A stretch of 63,978 bases of DNA, filler included, from Octopus bimaculoides (GCF_001194135.2; 9 parts of 9 records of this genome joined end to end with filler, not necessarily neighbours in it), one strand, 5' to 3'; counted from the first letter of the whole stretch, positions 25,742-38,050 are shown. Made by a program: numbers and translations. Notes: generated by a model not told the origin, from the letters alone.

Positions 25742-27487
25742 GCTATAAACATTGTCATTGTCAACATCATTATCGTTATAATGAATGACAATAATAACAG
25801 CAGGATTTGATGAACAAATCTGAATACACATGCTGTTTTCATGCATTCATTTTGCTCCCGCCCTCCCCGCAACACAGTTTGATATGTTAATAACATGTCA
25901 CAGTTATGACAGTGTTTGTGACTCAACAAAGAAATGCCATATTTTCATAACTGTGACACTGCAATAATTAGATTCTTTAGATGTCGTGCCTGCTTATTTC
26001 TGTTGTTGTTAACATTGTTATAATGTTTACATTATTCTTGCTTTTATTATTGTTTGTTTCATCCTTGCCACAACTGCTTACTGGCTCTTGTTATATTACA
26101 TTTGTGATTCGGTTTCAATACACTGCGTTTGCTTTCTTTTATTTCGCTAGTTTTTAAAACCAGCTTTTTAAAAAAATTAATACGCGGTTATTAGTGTAAA
26201 TTTAGTCAGAAATACCCAAGTTACGGAAGTTGGCGATAAGATATCTTGCAACGGATCGCTTAATTTCAGAGACAGAAAATATTTTATGTCTTCGGCAAAG
26301 TTCGGGCGTGATCCAAACTCCTGCACTTGGGACAGTGTTTATATACTGCATTATAGACTACATCCTGCAATGGCCATGCAGTTATTGGTATGAAGTTACT
26401 CTGCAACCTCAGAACGTCGACTCATTGCCTTCCTGTTCATATTTTTCCAACAGCCGTCAGCTTACAACTATTCGTAAAAAACATTAACTTAATTCTCAAG
26501 TATGAAAGGGTCATGGTCAAAACAATCCAGGTCAAAACAATCAAATAAACATCTCCAAAGTTGATTCCATTTCTTAACTAAAGCTTAATATCTTTACTTA
26601 TTCTATTCCAAAAGTCTACGAATGTCCCACAACCACATTTCCTTTCCACTAAGAAGGAAATAAATTTATTGATTTGCAGTTTTGATTTCGATTACACATT
26701 AGAGTCAGAAATTTTCTCTCTTTCGTTTTGTGTTATTCTCTCATTGAACTCCAAATAAATTCTAAAACCCTAAACTCTATAAACTCTTCTTCCTCGACGA
26801 TGCTTTCCATTACGAAATTCAAATATTCAGTATATCAGATGGCACCTTCCTTCAGCAATTTTCTTTCCTTACAGCCTGAAATATCGTTTTATACAAACAA
26901 TGTCCTACACAGATTTTTTTTCTTTGTTTCTTGATATGCATATTTTTTAAAAAGTAACATTAGATTGCTTATGCACCTAACAGCAAGGTGCTATATTAGA
27001 CAGAGTTCGAAAACAAGTTACACACTTTAAAATATCACAAGAAATACTAATAAGAATACTAAGAAGCCATTAGTTCGTGTAACGTCTCACAGTCTCTTCT
27101 GCTCTCTTTCATAAGCTCTCTTTCCATTCGTTCAATCACACATAAACCACCATTTTTAATAAGCCTGTGTTTCTAATTTTATTTACTGAACTAGATATAA
27201 AATAAGTGTGTATATTCAGTACATTCTGAATGTGTTTCATTAATCAGCCGCTACTTCGAAGAAATATATCGGCCATGTAAACTTAACCTGAGACCTGCCA
27301 TTGCACACAATAGATCAGCTTTTTAGTTAGCAATCTACCTTAATTACTTGTTTAATTCAGGGAGTTTCTTTTCTTCTCTCTTTTCCTTTTCCTTGCACAA
27401 ACGCACACTTGTACGGAAACGCAGATGTATTAAAGTATACACGTACATGATTTATAATTTAAATATATATATATATATATATATATA

Positions 27488-27587
27488 NNNNNNNNNNNNN
27501 NNNNNNNNNNNNNNNNNNNNNNNNNNNNNNNTTAATTAATTAANNNNNNNNNNNNNNNNNNNNNNNNNNNNNNNNNNNNNNNNNNNN
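27488..27587. other. Artificial scaffold spacer: 44 N + TTAATTAATTAA + 44 N (also at 39374, 41300, 46270, 55057, 57371, 60164, 62490)
   Basis: Same 100-bp construct eight times; the core gives stop codons in all six frames. Confidence 0.97.
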
Positions 27588-28111
27588 CTCCACCTCCACC
27601 ACCACCACCTCCACCTCCACCACCAAAAAAAGACAAAAGAAAAATTTACAAACAATTTTTATGAAAATAAGGCAACAACAACAAGAAACCATTCCATGGA
27701 AGATTCTTCTGTCCTTTTAATTACATAAAATGGTAGCAAACATCATCATCACAACCATCATCATCGTCAACATCACCATCACTATCATCGTCGTTGTCAT
27801 CACCACCACCATCATTAACATCATCACCATCAGCATCAACAGTGTTATCACGATCGTTGCCATCACCGTCATCATCATCATCATCCTTATTGTCATTATC
27901 ACCAGGATTAACATCATCATCATCATCATCATCAGCTTTATCATCATCATCATCATCCTCATCATCGTCATCTTCACTCTGCCACTGCTGCCACCTTCAT
28001 CACCACCAACATCAGCATCGTCAATAATTTAATTATCATCAACTTTTATAAATCATCCGCTCTCCATATTTTACTCAACAACAATTTTGCTGTCACTACT
28101 ACGACTCCCGA

Positions 28112-28151
<40 letters not shown>

Positions 28152-28444
28152 GTTCTGAACCACCACTACCACCGCCGCCACCACCACCATCACCACCATC
28201 ATCTGCATTGCCACCATAGCCGCCACCACAACTACCATCGTCACCTTACCCCTTCGCCCTCCTCCTCCTCACTATGGCCATTCTAATTTTCATATTATTA
28301 TCATCGTTATTGTTGCATCATTAATATAATTAATATCGTAATAATTATCACCATGACCACCACAACTATCACCAGTCCTCCTTCTCATCATCATAAATAT
28401 CATTATCATTATCATCAGCGTTAACATTATTATTATTGTTATTA

Positions 28445-28514
<70 letters not shown>

Positions 28515-28784
28515 TACATCAGTGGTTAATAAAGGAAACATTATTACTAATATTATTTTGTTATAATTAGAAAGAATTATGATAATTTATGATTATTATT
28601 ATTATTATTATTAATATTATTATTATCATCATAACCATCATCATCATCATCCTCATTTTTGTTGTTGTTGTCCTCTTCATCATTACCACCAATGTTAATA
28701 TCATTATTATTATTACAATTATTATTTTTAGTATAATTATTATCATGATGATGATGATAATAACAATCATCATTATTATTATTA

Positions 28785-28822
<38 letters not shown>

Positions 28823-28825
28823 ACT
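27588..28825. repeat. Compound trinucleotide low-complexity tract (CAC/CAT/ATT)
   Basis: Directly visible; source of the poly-I/S/M pseudo-ORFs. Confidence 0.9.
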
Positions 28826-29077
28826 TTTTTAAAATTTTGATAAAGAAGTCATTTAAATTGTTAATTAAAAGCAGTCAGAAGATATTTATTCCTTTCCCCT
28901 CTCTCCACCGCCCTCGCCCCTACCCGAAACATCCTTAAATATGTGCTCCCTTTCATCTCTCTAACGAACCGTGAAGGGGTTGGTCGGTTGGGTTGCAGGG
29001 ATGACTGCCTTATCTGTGATTAGATCTCACAATCCAGCTGATGAGAAATAACAACTACCAAAACACACTGATTGAAA

Positions 29078-29108
<31 letters not shown>

Positions 29109-29304
29109 GATACATAAATGTATGTGGGGAGGTGTATGCGTGTTATTCTAATATATTCACTGTGTGCATCCAATTGACTTTTTTTGGTTTTTTACCTGTT
29201 TTTTTTTCTTCTTGAATTTACCATAGAAATTTGTATGTGTATTGGCTTAACCCCTCCTCTGAAATATCTGGCCTTGTGCCAGAATTTGAAACCTTTATTA
29301 TACG

Positions 29305-29520
29305 TAAGGCACTGAGCTGGCAGAATCATTAGCATGCTGGACAAAATGCCTAGCAGCATCATTATATTCTGAGTTCAAATTCTGCCAAAGTTGACTGCGC
29401 CTTTCATCCATTCATGGGTCGGTAAAATATATACCAGTTAAATATTGGGATCGATGTAATCAACCCGCCTCTTCTCCAAATATTTCAGGCCTTGTGCCTA
29501 TAGTAGAAAGAATTATTATT
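29305..29520 (+). mobile_element. SINE family A copy
   Basis: GAGCTGGCAGAATCATTAGC...GAGTTCAAATTCTGCC...GCCTTTCATCC...GGCCTTGTGCCTATAG. Confidence 0.8.
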
Positions 29521-29532
29521 ATTGTTATATTT

Positions 29533-29686
29533 TGGCGTTAGGAAGGGCATCCAGCTGTAGAAACTCTGCCAAATTTAGATTGGAGCCTGGTGTTGCCATC
29601 CGGTTTCACCAGTCCTCAGTCAAGTTGTCCAACCCATGCTAGCATGGAAAGCAGACGTTAAACGATGATGATGATGATGATGATGA
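29533..29686 (+). mobile_element. 3' part of a retroposon with (GAT)n tail (family D); copies on the minus strand at 36795-37075 and 39200-39345
   Basis: GGCGTTAGGAAGGGCATCCAGCTGTAGAAACTCTGCC...CAACCCATGCTAGCATGGAAAGCAGACGTTAAACG(ATG)n, seen three times in the window. Confidence 0.8.
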
Positions 29687-29726
29687 TATTTTGTATATAT
29701 AATGTCTGTTCCTTCTTCTTTATCAG

Positions 29727-29819
29727 ATATTGCTGGATGCTGTGCAAAAACTATAGTTGCTCCACTGGACAGAGTGAAAATCTTGCTTCAAGCCCACAAT
29801 CGACATTATCGACACCTAG
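29727..29819 (+). CDS. SLC25A16: Internal exon of a mitochondrial carrier, SLC25A16 (Graves disease carrier protein) exon 2 equivalent; may be an orphan or pseudo-exon
   Basis: Pyrimidine tract CCTTCTTCTTTATCAG acceptor, GTAAGA donor, 93 bp, phase 1-1; encodes (x)IAGCCAKTIVAPLDRVKILLQAHNRHYRHL(G), versus recalled human GIAGCCAKTTVAPLDRVKVLLQAHNHHYKHLG; includes the carrier PxD/ExxK signature. Confidence 0.88.
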
Positions 29820-30204
29820 GTAAGAATATTTCTTGGTTTCAGGCAATTTTTTAAAACTTGGACAACTGTCTTGTTAATAGGTAGTGTCTTCTACAGAAAT
29901 AGGGAATGGTTTTGAAATGTTTGCCCCTGCAGTGTAGACATAAGGAAACTCAGTACTCCCATCCTCACATCCCAGCAAACAACATTGCCCTACGTGAATA
30001 GGCCAAGATATCACAAAACTTGTCTTAAAAATGACTTAATGGATCCTATCAGGTGGTGCTATTAAGTCAGACATGGCCTGGGCCAGTCTTTAGCCAAAAC
30101 ATATCTGAAAAGAGATGAATTGTGATAAACAGGTGGCTCCTCAACATACAAATAGAAGTGAGGAGGGGATGATCACTGTAACATGTGAGTGGAGAGAAGT
30201 ATAA

Positions 30205-30372
30205 TAATATTGGTCTTAAATTTTTCGACACAAAGCCATCAATTTGGAGGGGAGGAGTTGATTACAGCAACACCAGCTGGTATTTATTTTATCAATCCCG
30301 AAAGGATGAAGGGCAAAGTTGGAAGAAATGCCGCTATGCATTTTTTCAGGCATGGTAAAGATTCTGCCAGCT
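30205..30372 (-). mobile_element. SINE family A copy with internal deletion
   Basis: Reverse complement GAGCTGGCAGAATC...GCATAGCGGCATTTC...TTTGCCCTTCATCCTTTCGGGATTGATAAAATAAATACCAG. Confidence 0.75.
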
Positions 30373-30733
30373 CTAGATATCATATAGAGGTCTTCCTCAT
30401 TGGCTCATATATACATACATACATAAGACAGTAAGGCGTGATCTGTTGAAGATTTCGTTATTGTTTCTAGCCAGTCATATGACCACATGGAAGCCTTCCT
30501 TGTCGATGTGTTTGTGTCTTTCGGAGAAATTTAAAGAAAGAAATTTTCCACCAAAATTAATAAAATTCTTTATTTTCCTTCTCTTGCATATATCTATATA
30601 AATAAATATATATATATATACATACTTTTTAAAAAATTAATGAATGTATATAATATACACATATGCATACATACATCACACATGCATATATATATATATA
30701 TCTATACTTTTAAAAAATTTATATGTGTGTATG

Positions 30734-30771
<38 letters not shown>

Positions 30772-31860
30772 CAACGACACATTACATTATAAAATTTATT
30801 TTTTGAAAATTCCAATTTTAATTTTTCTCCACTAATTATAATCACTGGAACTTCGTTTGTCATTAATTAAACGTCAACGGCAACAACAATAATTAAGAGA
30901 AGAAAATTGTAATTAATTTCTATAGAGAAACGAAGTTTTCATTAATTGATAACACGGCAGACGAAGGATAGAGAGAGACACACACACACACGTTAATATT
31001 AAACACCCCACTGCCAAAAAAAAAAAAAAATATATACATCACTTCCACACCAAACCCCCTCCTGGGACCTGCTGTTTCCACACTCTCCCTCATCTATCAC
31101 CATCAAAGGTATATTATACGCCAGATATGTACCACACACTCACACTTAAAACGGTAAATTCTACATGAATAAATAAATAAATATATATATATATGTACAC
31201 ACACACATACATACATATATATATATATACTTTTAAAAAATTAATGTGTATATATATATATATACACACACACATATGCATACATACATCACACATGCAT
31301 TTATATATATTTATACNNNNNNNNNNNNNNNNNNNNNNNNNNNNNNNNNNNNNNNNNNNNNNNNNNNNNNNNNNNNNNNNNNNNNNNNNNNNNNNNNNNN
31401 NNNNNNNNNNNNNNNNNNNNNNNNNNNNNNNNNNNNNNNNNNNNNNNNNNNNNNNNNNNNNNNNNNNNNNNNNNNNNNNNNNNNNNNNNNNNNNNNNNNN
31501 NNNNNNNNNNNNNNNNNNNNNNNNNNNNNNNNNNNNNNNNNNNNNNNNNNNNNNNNNNNNNNNNNNNNNNNNNNNNNNNNNNNNNNNNNNNNNNNNNNNN
31601 NNNNNNNNNNNNNNNNNNNNNNNNNNNNNNNNNNNNNNNNNNNNNNNNNNNNNNNNNNNNNNNNNNNNNNNNNNNNNNNNNNNNNNNNNNNNNNNNNNNN
31701 NNNNNNNNNNNNNNNNNNNNNNNNNNNNNNNNNNNNNNNNNNNNNNNNNNNNNNNNNNNNNNNNNNNNNNNNNNNNNNNNNNNNNNNNNNNNNNNNNNNN
31801 NNNNNNNNNNNNNNNNNNNNNNNNNNNNNNNNNNNNNNNNNNNNNNNNNNNNNNNNNNNN

Positions 31861-32205
31861 GTTAAATTCACGAGCAGGCTGTTCCGTTGATCGGATCAAC
31901 TGGAACCCTCGTTGCCGTAAGCGACGGAGTGCCAACAACATATATATACATACATACACACTTAAATAAACACATACACAGATAGAGTGATAGTTTTCTT
32001 CTCAATCCCTGTTCTGTTTTATGTCATTGGAAGGGTCAACCTTGTCACTCTCTGTGTCACGCTGAATATCCCCCCGAGAACTACGTTAAGGGTACACGTC
32101 TCTGTGGAGTGGTCAGCCACTTGCACGTTAATTTCACGAGCAGGCTGTTCCGTTGATTGCATCAACTGGAACCCTCGACGTCGTAAGCAACGGAGTGCCA
32201 ACATT
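31861..32205 (+). mobile_element. Two tandem 3' fragments of SINE family B
   Basis: TTCACGAGCAGGCTGTTCCGTTGAT...GGAGTGCCAACA present twice. Confidence 0.85.
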
Positions 32206-32294
32206 ATTATTATGTCTGCCTTAGCGAAGGCGGAGGTATTGTTTCCAGTCATGTTTGTTTATTTGTTTGTCTGTGGACACCCAAGATGTATTAT

Positions 32295-32685
32295 TCTTTT
32301 ACTTGTTTCAGTCGTTTGACTGCGGCCATGCTGGAGCACCGCCTTTCGTCGAGCAAATCGACCCCAGGACTTATTCTTTGTAAGCCTAGTGCTTATTCTA
32401 TCGGTCTCTTTTGCCGAACTTCTAAGTTACGGGGATGTAAACACACACACCAGCATCACTTGTTGGGGAGGGGGACAAACATATACACACACATACATAT
32501 ATATATATATATACATATATGCGACGGGCTTCTTCCAGTTTCCGTCTACCAAATCCACTCACAAGGCTTTGGTCGGCCCGAGGCTATAGTAGAAGACACT
32601 TGCCCAAGGTGCCATGTAGTGGAACTGAACCCGGAACCATGTGGTTGGGAAGCAAGTTACTTACCACACAGCCACGCCTCTGCCT
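32295..32685 (-). mobile_element. SINE family C (OR1/OR2-like), full length
   Basis: Reverse complement has head GGCGTGGCTGTGTGGTAAGTAAC, GGTTCAGTTCCAC B box, CORE-like CCTTGGGCAAGTGTCTTC, and 3' CCAGCATGGCCGCAGTC...GAAACAAGTAAAAG. Confidence 0.9.
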
Positions 32686-32701
32686 ATAATTCTTCCCATT
32701 A

Positions 32702-32702
32702 C

Positions 32703-32738
<36 letters not shown>

Positions 32739-32930
32739 AAGTGGTAGTAGTAGTAGTAGTAGTAGTAGTAGTTGTAGTAGTACTAGTAGTAGAAGTGGTA
32801 GTAGTAGTAGTAGAAGTGGTAGTAGTGGTAGTAGTAGTGGTAGTAGTAGTAGTAGAAGTGGTAGTAGTAGTAGTGGTAATAGTAGTAGCTGTAGTAGTAC
32901 TAGTAGTAGAAGTGGTAGTAGTAGTAGTAC

Positions 32931-32964
<34 letters not shown>
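32702..32964. repeat. (AGT)n compound microsatellite
   Basis: Directly visible. Confidence 0.95.
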
Positions 32965-32965
<1 letters not shown>

Positions 32966-33029
32966 ATGAATATTTTTTTTAATTAAAGATTTTTTTTTAA
33001 AGCATTTTTTTCACAAAATTGACACAGAC

Positions 33030-33035
33030 TTTATT
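33030..33035 (-). terminator. Candidate polyadenylation signal (AATAAA) for ARIH2
   Basis: AATAAA on the minus strand about 770 bp downstream of the ARIH2 stop; position is inference only. Confidence 0.3.
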
Positions 33036-33246
33036 GGTTATTAATATTGATTTTATTCATCGTAAGCTTTGGCAGTTCCTAAAACAGAAATAAAAACCTT
33101 CATCTTGTGAAGTGTCACTGTTAAAAAACATCTTTTAATTATTATTATTATTATTATTATTATTATCATTATTATTATTATTAATATTATTGACTTTGTT
33201 GTTTTTATCAGAGTTCTTTGTTTCTGCATTTGTGTATGTCTTTGTT

Positions 33247-33282
<36 letters not shown>

Positions 33283-33524
33283 TGTGTGTGTGTAATTATA
33301 TATCTTAAGCAAGTTCCTTGATGGCGTTAGCCTCTTCTTTGCTTCTTTTATGTGTCCTGTATATGTATGTTTGTATACGTGTATATATGTATGTGCATGA
33401 GAACATGCGGGTATAGATATCTATGCATGTGTGTATGTATGTATGTATGTATGTATGTATATATATATATATATACACACATACGTTTTTATGTATATAT
33501 GCACACATATGTACACACACACGT

Positions 33525-33560
<36 letters not shown>

Positions 33561-33626
33561 GTGTTTTTGAGAGTTTGAATGGAAGTGTGTATGTCTGTGT
33601 ATATATATATTTGTATGTGTGTACAA

Positions 33627-33661
<35 letters not shown>

Positions 33662-33804
33662 AGGGATCTAAATGCCAATTAAGTCTTCCAATAGTAAAAG
33701 CCGCCACTTGTCTGCAACACGTATGTGTGTGCATTTGTGTGTGTGCCTGTGTCTGTCTGTATGTGTGTGTATACGTGCATGGTTGTCTGTCTGTCTGTCT
33801 GCGC

Positions 33805-33876
33805 CTAAATCTCAAGAAAGTCTTTCAGTAATGTAAGTCTTCTCTTCTCAGCAACATCCATCTGGTTTTCCAAATC
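33805..33876 (-). CDS. ARIH2: ARIH2 terminal coding exon
   Basis: Acceptor TTTTCCTTTAATGTTTTCCAG; DLENQMDVAEKRRLTLLKDFLEI*, versus recalled human [23 protein letters not shown]. Confidence 0.93.
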   Translation of the reverse strand, partial: DLENQMDVAEKRRLTLLKDFLEI

Positions 33877-34794
33877 CTGGAAAACATTAAAGGAAAAAGG
33901 AAAATAATTAAATAATGAATAATTAAAAGCAATTGTGATGGACAATACGGACAATTATAAGAACCACCAGATTTGTTGGCCTATAAAACACAATTTTTAA
34001 ATCAAAAGTATGTTTCAAAATACCACCCTGGGTCTTGTATGCAAAGTTGGGCCCATATTATATGCTTTAATGCTTTACAAAGTTGTTTTCCTGAATACGC
34101 ACTTCTGATAGTCGGGTGTGTTTAATATCCTTTCTACTAAAGGCACAAGGTCTGAAATTTGAGGGGAGGGGTCCCTTATATTCACTACAGCTGGAAATGG
34201 ACAAATGAGATGGGCAGAAAGAAGCCATTCCAGGAATGGTCAATCCAATAATGTTACACTGCTATATTTAGTGCATATTTAATAAAATGAGGTCGTTGAT
34301 GATTAATGGGTTAGAGGAATGCTGATTAAGGAGCAAAAACTCCTGAAGTATGGCATACACGCCCATTAACCTTTTCTCATCTTCAATCCTGTTGTTTACA
34401 TCTGGCATCTCCGACATGAAACATCAGAACAAATCAGTGCTGGCTATTAATTTCTCAAGCTTCCAGGAATGAATATGTAAAAGAGGTCTCTCTATGAGTT
34501 TGTGGTTGGTTAATGGTTGGAAGAAAGAGCAAAAACTCCTGAAATATACACATACACCCTTTAACTATTTTCCCATCCTCGATCGCATTGTTGTTTACAT
34601 TAGGCGTATTGGGACACGAAACATCAGAACAAATCAGTGTCGGCCAAAATTTGTATAGAAAATCCTGTAAAGGTAACAATAACAGGCGTTAAGTAAAACA
34701 TTTGTTCCATAGGAGATAACTTCCATTTTATTACATTTATCTCCCTTGATTATCAAACACTTCCTCACAATTGTAACCAATCAGGATGGCGAGG

Positions 34795-34881
34795 GACTAT
34801 ATTTTAACCGCACCGCTAAGTTACGGGGACATTAGCACACCAGCATCGGTTGTCAAGCGATGGCTGGGACACACACACAAA

Positions 34882-34914
<33 letters not shown>

Positions 34915-35045
34915 GTAGTGGTCTTCTTCCAGTTTCTGTCTACCAAATCACCAAATCCACTCACAAAGCTTTGGGCAGCCTGAGGCTACAGAAGAAGACA
35001 CTCGTCCAAGGTGTCACGCAGTGGGACTGAGCCTGGAACCAAATG
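34795..35045 (-). mobile_element. SINE family C copy in an ARIH2 intron
   Basis: CCGCTAAGTTACGGGGAC...AAATCCACTCACAAAGC...GCAGTGGGACTGAGCCTGGAACC. Confidence 0.8.
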
Positions 35046-35124
35046 GTAAAAGGAAAAAAAAAAAAAAAAAATCGCATGAAAAATATTTAAAAAGGAAGGG
35101 TGGAAAAAGAAAACCTTTACTTAC

Positions 35125-35208
35125 CCCTCTGTCTGTGATTTCAGCTCTCTCTATCTTCCAGGACAAATTTTCAACCTCTGCCTCCAACTGAGCCTGTTGA
35201 TATTCAAA
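35125..35208 (-). CDS. ARIH2: ARIH2 internal exon (84 bp, phase 0-0)
   Basis: Acceptor CTTCCCCTCTCTAG, donor GTAAGT; [28 protein letters not shown]. Confidence 0.96.
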
Positions 35209-35382
35209 CTAGAGAGGGGAAGAGGAGGAGGAGGAGGAATGAGTGAAGAGAAATTGGGATTATTTCACACAGCTTACAAATATCTATCTATCTATCTATC
35301 ATACCCCATGTAAACATCATCATCATCATCATCATGGTGGTGGTTATTGTTTACATAGGGTATGATACTCACAATTTTTTGG

Positions 35383-35782
35383 GTTCAGTCATTTGACTGC
35401 GGCCATGCTGGAGCACTGCCTTTAGTCGAAGGAATTGACCCCCCCGGGACTTTTTTGTTTGGTAAGCCTGGTACTTATTCTGTCAGTCCCTTCTGCTGAA
35501 CTGCCAAGTTATGAGGACGTAAACGCACCAACATCGACTGTCAAGCGATGATGGTGGACACAGACACACAAATACATACACACACACTCATCGGGCTTCT
35601 TTTCAGTTTCCATCAACCAAATCCACTCACAAGGCTTTGGTTGGCCTGAGGCTATAGAAGACAACTTGTCCAAAGGTGCCATGCAGTTGACCTCGGTGGG
35701 ATTTGAACTCACAACGTAAAGATGGACAAAATGCCACTAGGCATTTTACCTGGCGTGCTAACAATTCTGCCAGCTCACCGCC

Positions 35783-35821
<39 letters not shown>

Positions 35822-36020
35822 TTAATATTTACAAATTTTGCCACAAGGGCAGCTTTTCGGGGGAGGGGAATAGTCAATGACATCAACCCCAGTGTTCTTA
35901 GTTTATTGATCCCAAAAAGATGAAAGGTGAAGTCGACCTCAGCGGAATTTGAACTCAGAATGTAACAACAGGCAAAATACTGCCAAGCATTTCGTCCAGC
36001 CTTCTAACAATTCTGCCAAT
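35383..36020 (-). mobile_element. Nested SINEs (one family C, two family A) in an ARIH2 intron
   Basis: Family C 3' half at 35383-35690, then family A heads at 35690-35783 and 35830-36020, separated by (AAT)n. Confidence 0.8.
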
Positions 36021-36033
36021 AATAACAATAATG

Positions 36034-36063
<30 letters not shown>

Positions 36064-36065
<2 letters not shown>

Positions 36066-36553
36066 CCTCATTGATATGACTGTCCCAATTGATATAAACG
36101 TATCTGTCAAGACCTACCAAAAACTGAGCAAATATAAAGATCTTGAAATAGAAATTAGCAAAATGTGGAACCTGAAGACTAAAACAATACCTGTTGTCAT
36201 AGGTGCCCTGGGAATGACAGCAAAACGGGCTGATTACTACCTAGCTCAGATACCAGGAAACCCCGAAATGGCTGAAGTTCAAAAGATAGTGCTCATGGGA
36301 ACTGCCCATATCCTACGTAAAATACTGTCTATGTGATCTCAAATTTTAAAACAAACACATAATTTTCTTATGGTTTCTTAAACATTCTCTAGAACAACAC
36401 TATGTACAAATCCAAATATATGGTACCCTAGGCATAACACCTACATGAACTTCTAACTTGTTGTCTCTTGAGGTCTCTGGGTGAGACTTGGATCCAACTT
36501 GTACAAATGCAAAGCAAAAGTCAAACATAAAATAATAATAATAATAATAATTA
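36064..36553 (+). mobile_element. Dong/R4-clade LINE 3' end (restriction-like endonuclease C-terminus and 3' UTR) inserted in (TAA)n
   Basis: LIDMTVPIDINVSVKTYQKLSKYKDLEIEISKMWNLKTKTIPVVIGALG...VLMGTAHILRKILSM*; (AAT)n on both sides. Confidence 0.85.
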
Positions 36554-36576
36554 TAAAGTGTAAGTATATTACTTAC

Positions 36577-36645
36577 CAGCTCCTTTCTCGCCCCTTTATC
36601 CATATAATAGGCGTATGGGTAGGTGTACTGTAAAGTGTATCGGCA
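36577..36645 (-). CDS. ARIH2: ARIH2 internal exon (69 bp, phase 0-0)
   Basis: Acceptor TTTCTCTTCTTGTTGTACAG, donor GTAAGT; [23 protein letters not shown]. Confidence 0.96.
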
Positions 36646-37216
36646 CTGTACAACAAGAAGAGAAACAACAATATCAGATCTTGGAAACATTCCTACATAA
36701 CTAGACATAAGTGAATATTACACTCGGTATTGTTGTTGTTGTTGTTGTCGTCGTCTTCTGTCATGTTATTGTTGTTATGATTATTCGTCGTCGTCATCGT
36801 TTAACGTCCGCTTTCCATGCTAGCTAGCATGGGTTGGATGATTTGACTGAGGACTGGCGAAAACCGGATGGCAACACCAGGCTCCAATCTGATTTGGCAG
36901 AGTTTCTACAGCTGGATGCCCTTCCTAACGCCAACCACTCAGAGAGTGTAGTGGGTGCTTTTTACGTGCCACCGGCACGAAGGCCAGTCAAGAGGTACTG
37001 GCAACGGCCACACTCAAAATGGTGTCTTTTATGTGCCACCCGCACAAGAGCCAGTCCAGGGACACCGGCAACGATCTCGCTCAAACAACAGACAAGAATA
37101 TGATGCTTGTTTATATCTCCATAGTATAAGATGGCACACACACAGAAGAGAAAAATAATAGGGGTCATATATAACCCCTTCAGAATATATATATATAGTG
37201 TTGGTGATGCTGATGT

Positions 37217-37753
37217 GAGGGTACATGGCTCAGTGGTTAGAGCGTCAGGCTCACAAATCATGAGGTAGTGAGTTCAATTCCTGGACCAAGCTGTGTGTTG
37301 TGTTCTTGAGCAAGGCACTTTATTTCACGTTGCGCCAGTTCACTCAGCTGTAGAAATGAGTTGCGACGTCACTGGTGCCAAGTTGTATCGGCCCCTTTGC
37401 CTTTCCCTTGGATAACATCAGTGGCGTGGAGAAGGAGAGGATGGTATGCATGGGTGACCGCTGGTGTTCTATAAGCAACCTTGCCCAGTCTCATACCTCT
37501 GAGAGGAACTTTTTAGCTGCAATCCCATAGTCCTTCATGACAGAAAGGGGTCTTTACCCTTGTACCCTTTATATGTGTATGCATGTGTATGTATTTATGT
37601 ATTCCCAGACCAAGCTGTGTGTTGTGTTCTTGAGCAAGGCACTTTATTTCACGTTGCTCCAGTTTCACTCAGCTGTAGAAATGAGTTGCGACGTCACTGG
37701 TGCCAGACTGTATCGGCCCCTTTGCCTTTCCCTTGGATAACATGGGTGGTTTT
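37217..37753 (+). mobile_element. tRNA/CORE-type SINE (family E) plus a partial tandem duplicate
   Basis: GGCTCAGTGGTTAGAGCG A box, GAGTTCAATTCC B box, CORE-like CTTGAGCAAGGCACTT; 37285-37415 is repeated at 37606-37745. Confidence 0.8.
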
Positions 37754-38050
37754 NNNNNNNNNNNNNNNNNNNNNNNNNNNNNNNNNNNNNNNNNNNNNNN
37801 NNNNNNNNNNNNNNNNNNNNNNNNNNNNNNNNNNNNNNNNNNNNNNNNNNNNNNNNNNNNNNNNNNNNNNNNNNNNNNNNNNNNNNNNNNNNNNNNNNNN
37901 NNNNNNNNNNNNNNNNNNNNNNNNNNNNNNNNNNNNNNNNNNNNNNNNNNNNNNNNNNNNNNNNNNNNNNNNNNNNNNNNNNNNNNNNNNNNNNNNNNNN
38001 NNNNNNNNNNNNNNNNNNNNNNNNNNNNNNNNNNNNNNNNNNNNNNNNNN

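Noticed and set aside
30600-31316. Duplicated TA-rich block (30600-30770 vs 31170-31316)
   Set aside because: Low complexity and next to a gap; may be a local assembly duplication
34186-34260. GNGQM peptide as SLC25A16 exon 3
   Set aside because: Similarity is limited to 4-5 residues; the flanks do not match GLYKGNG...RIFPY
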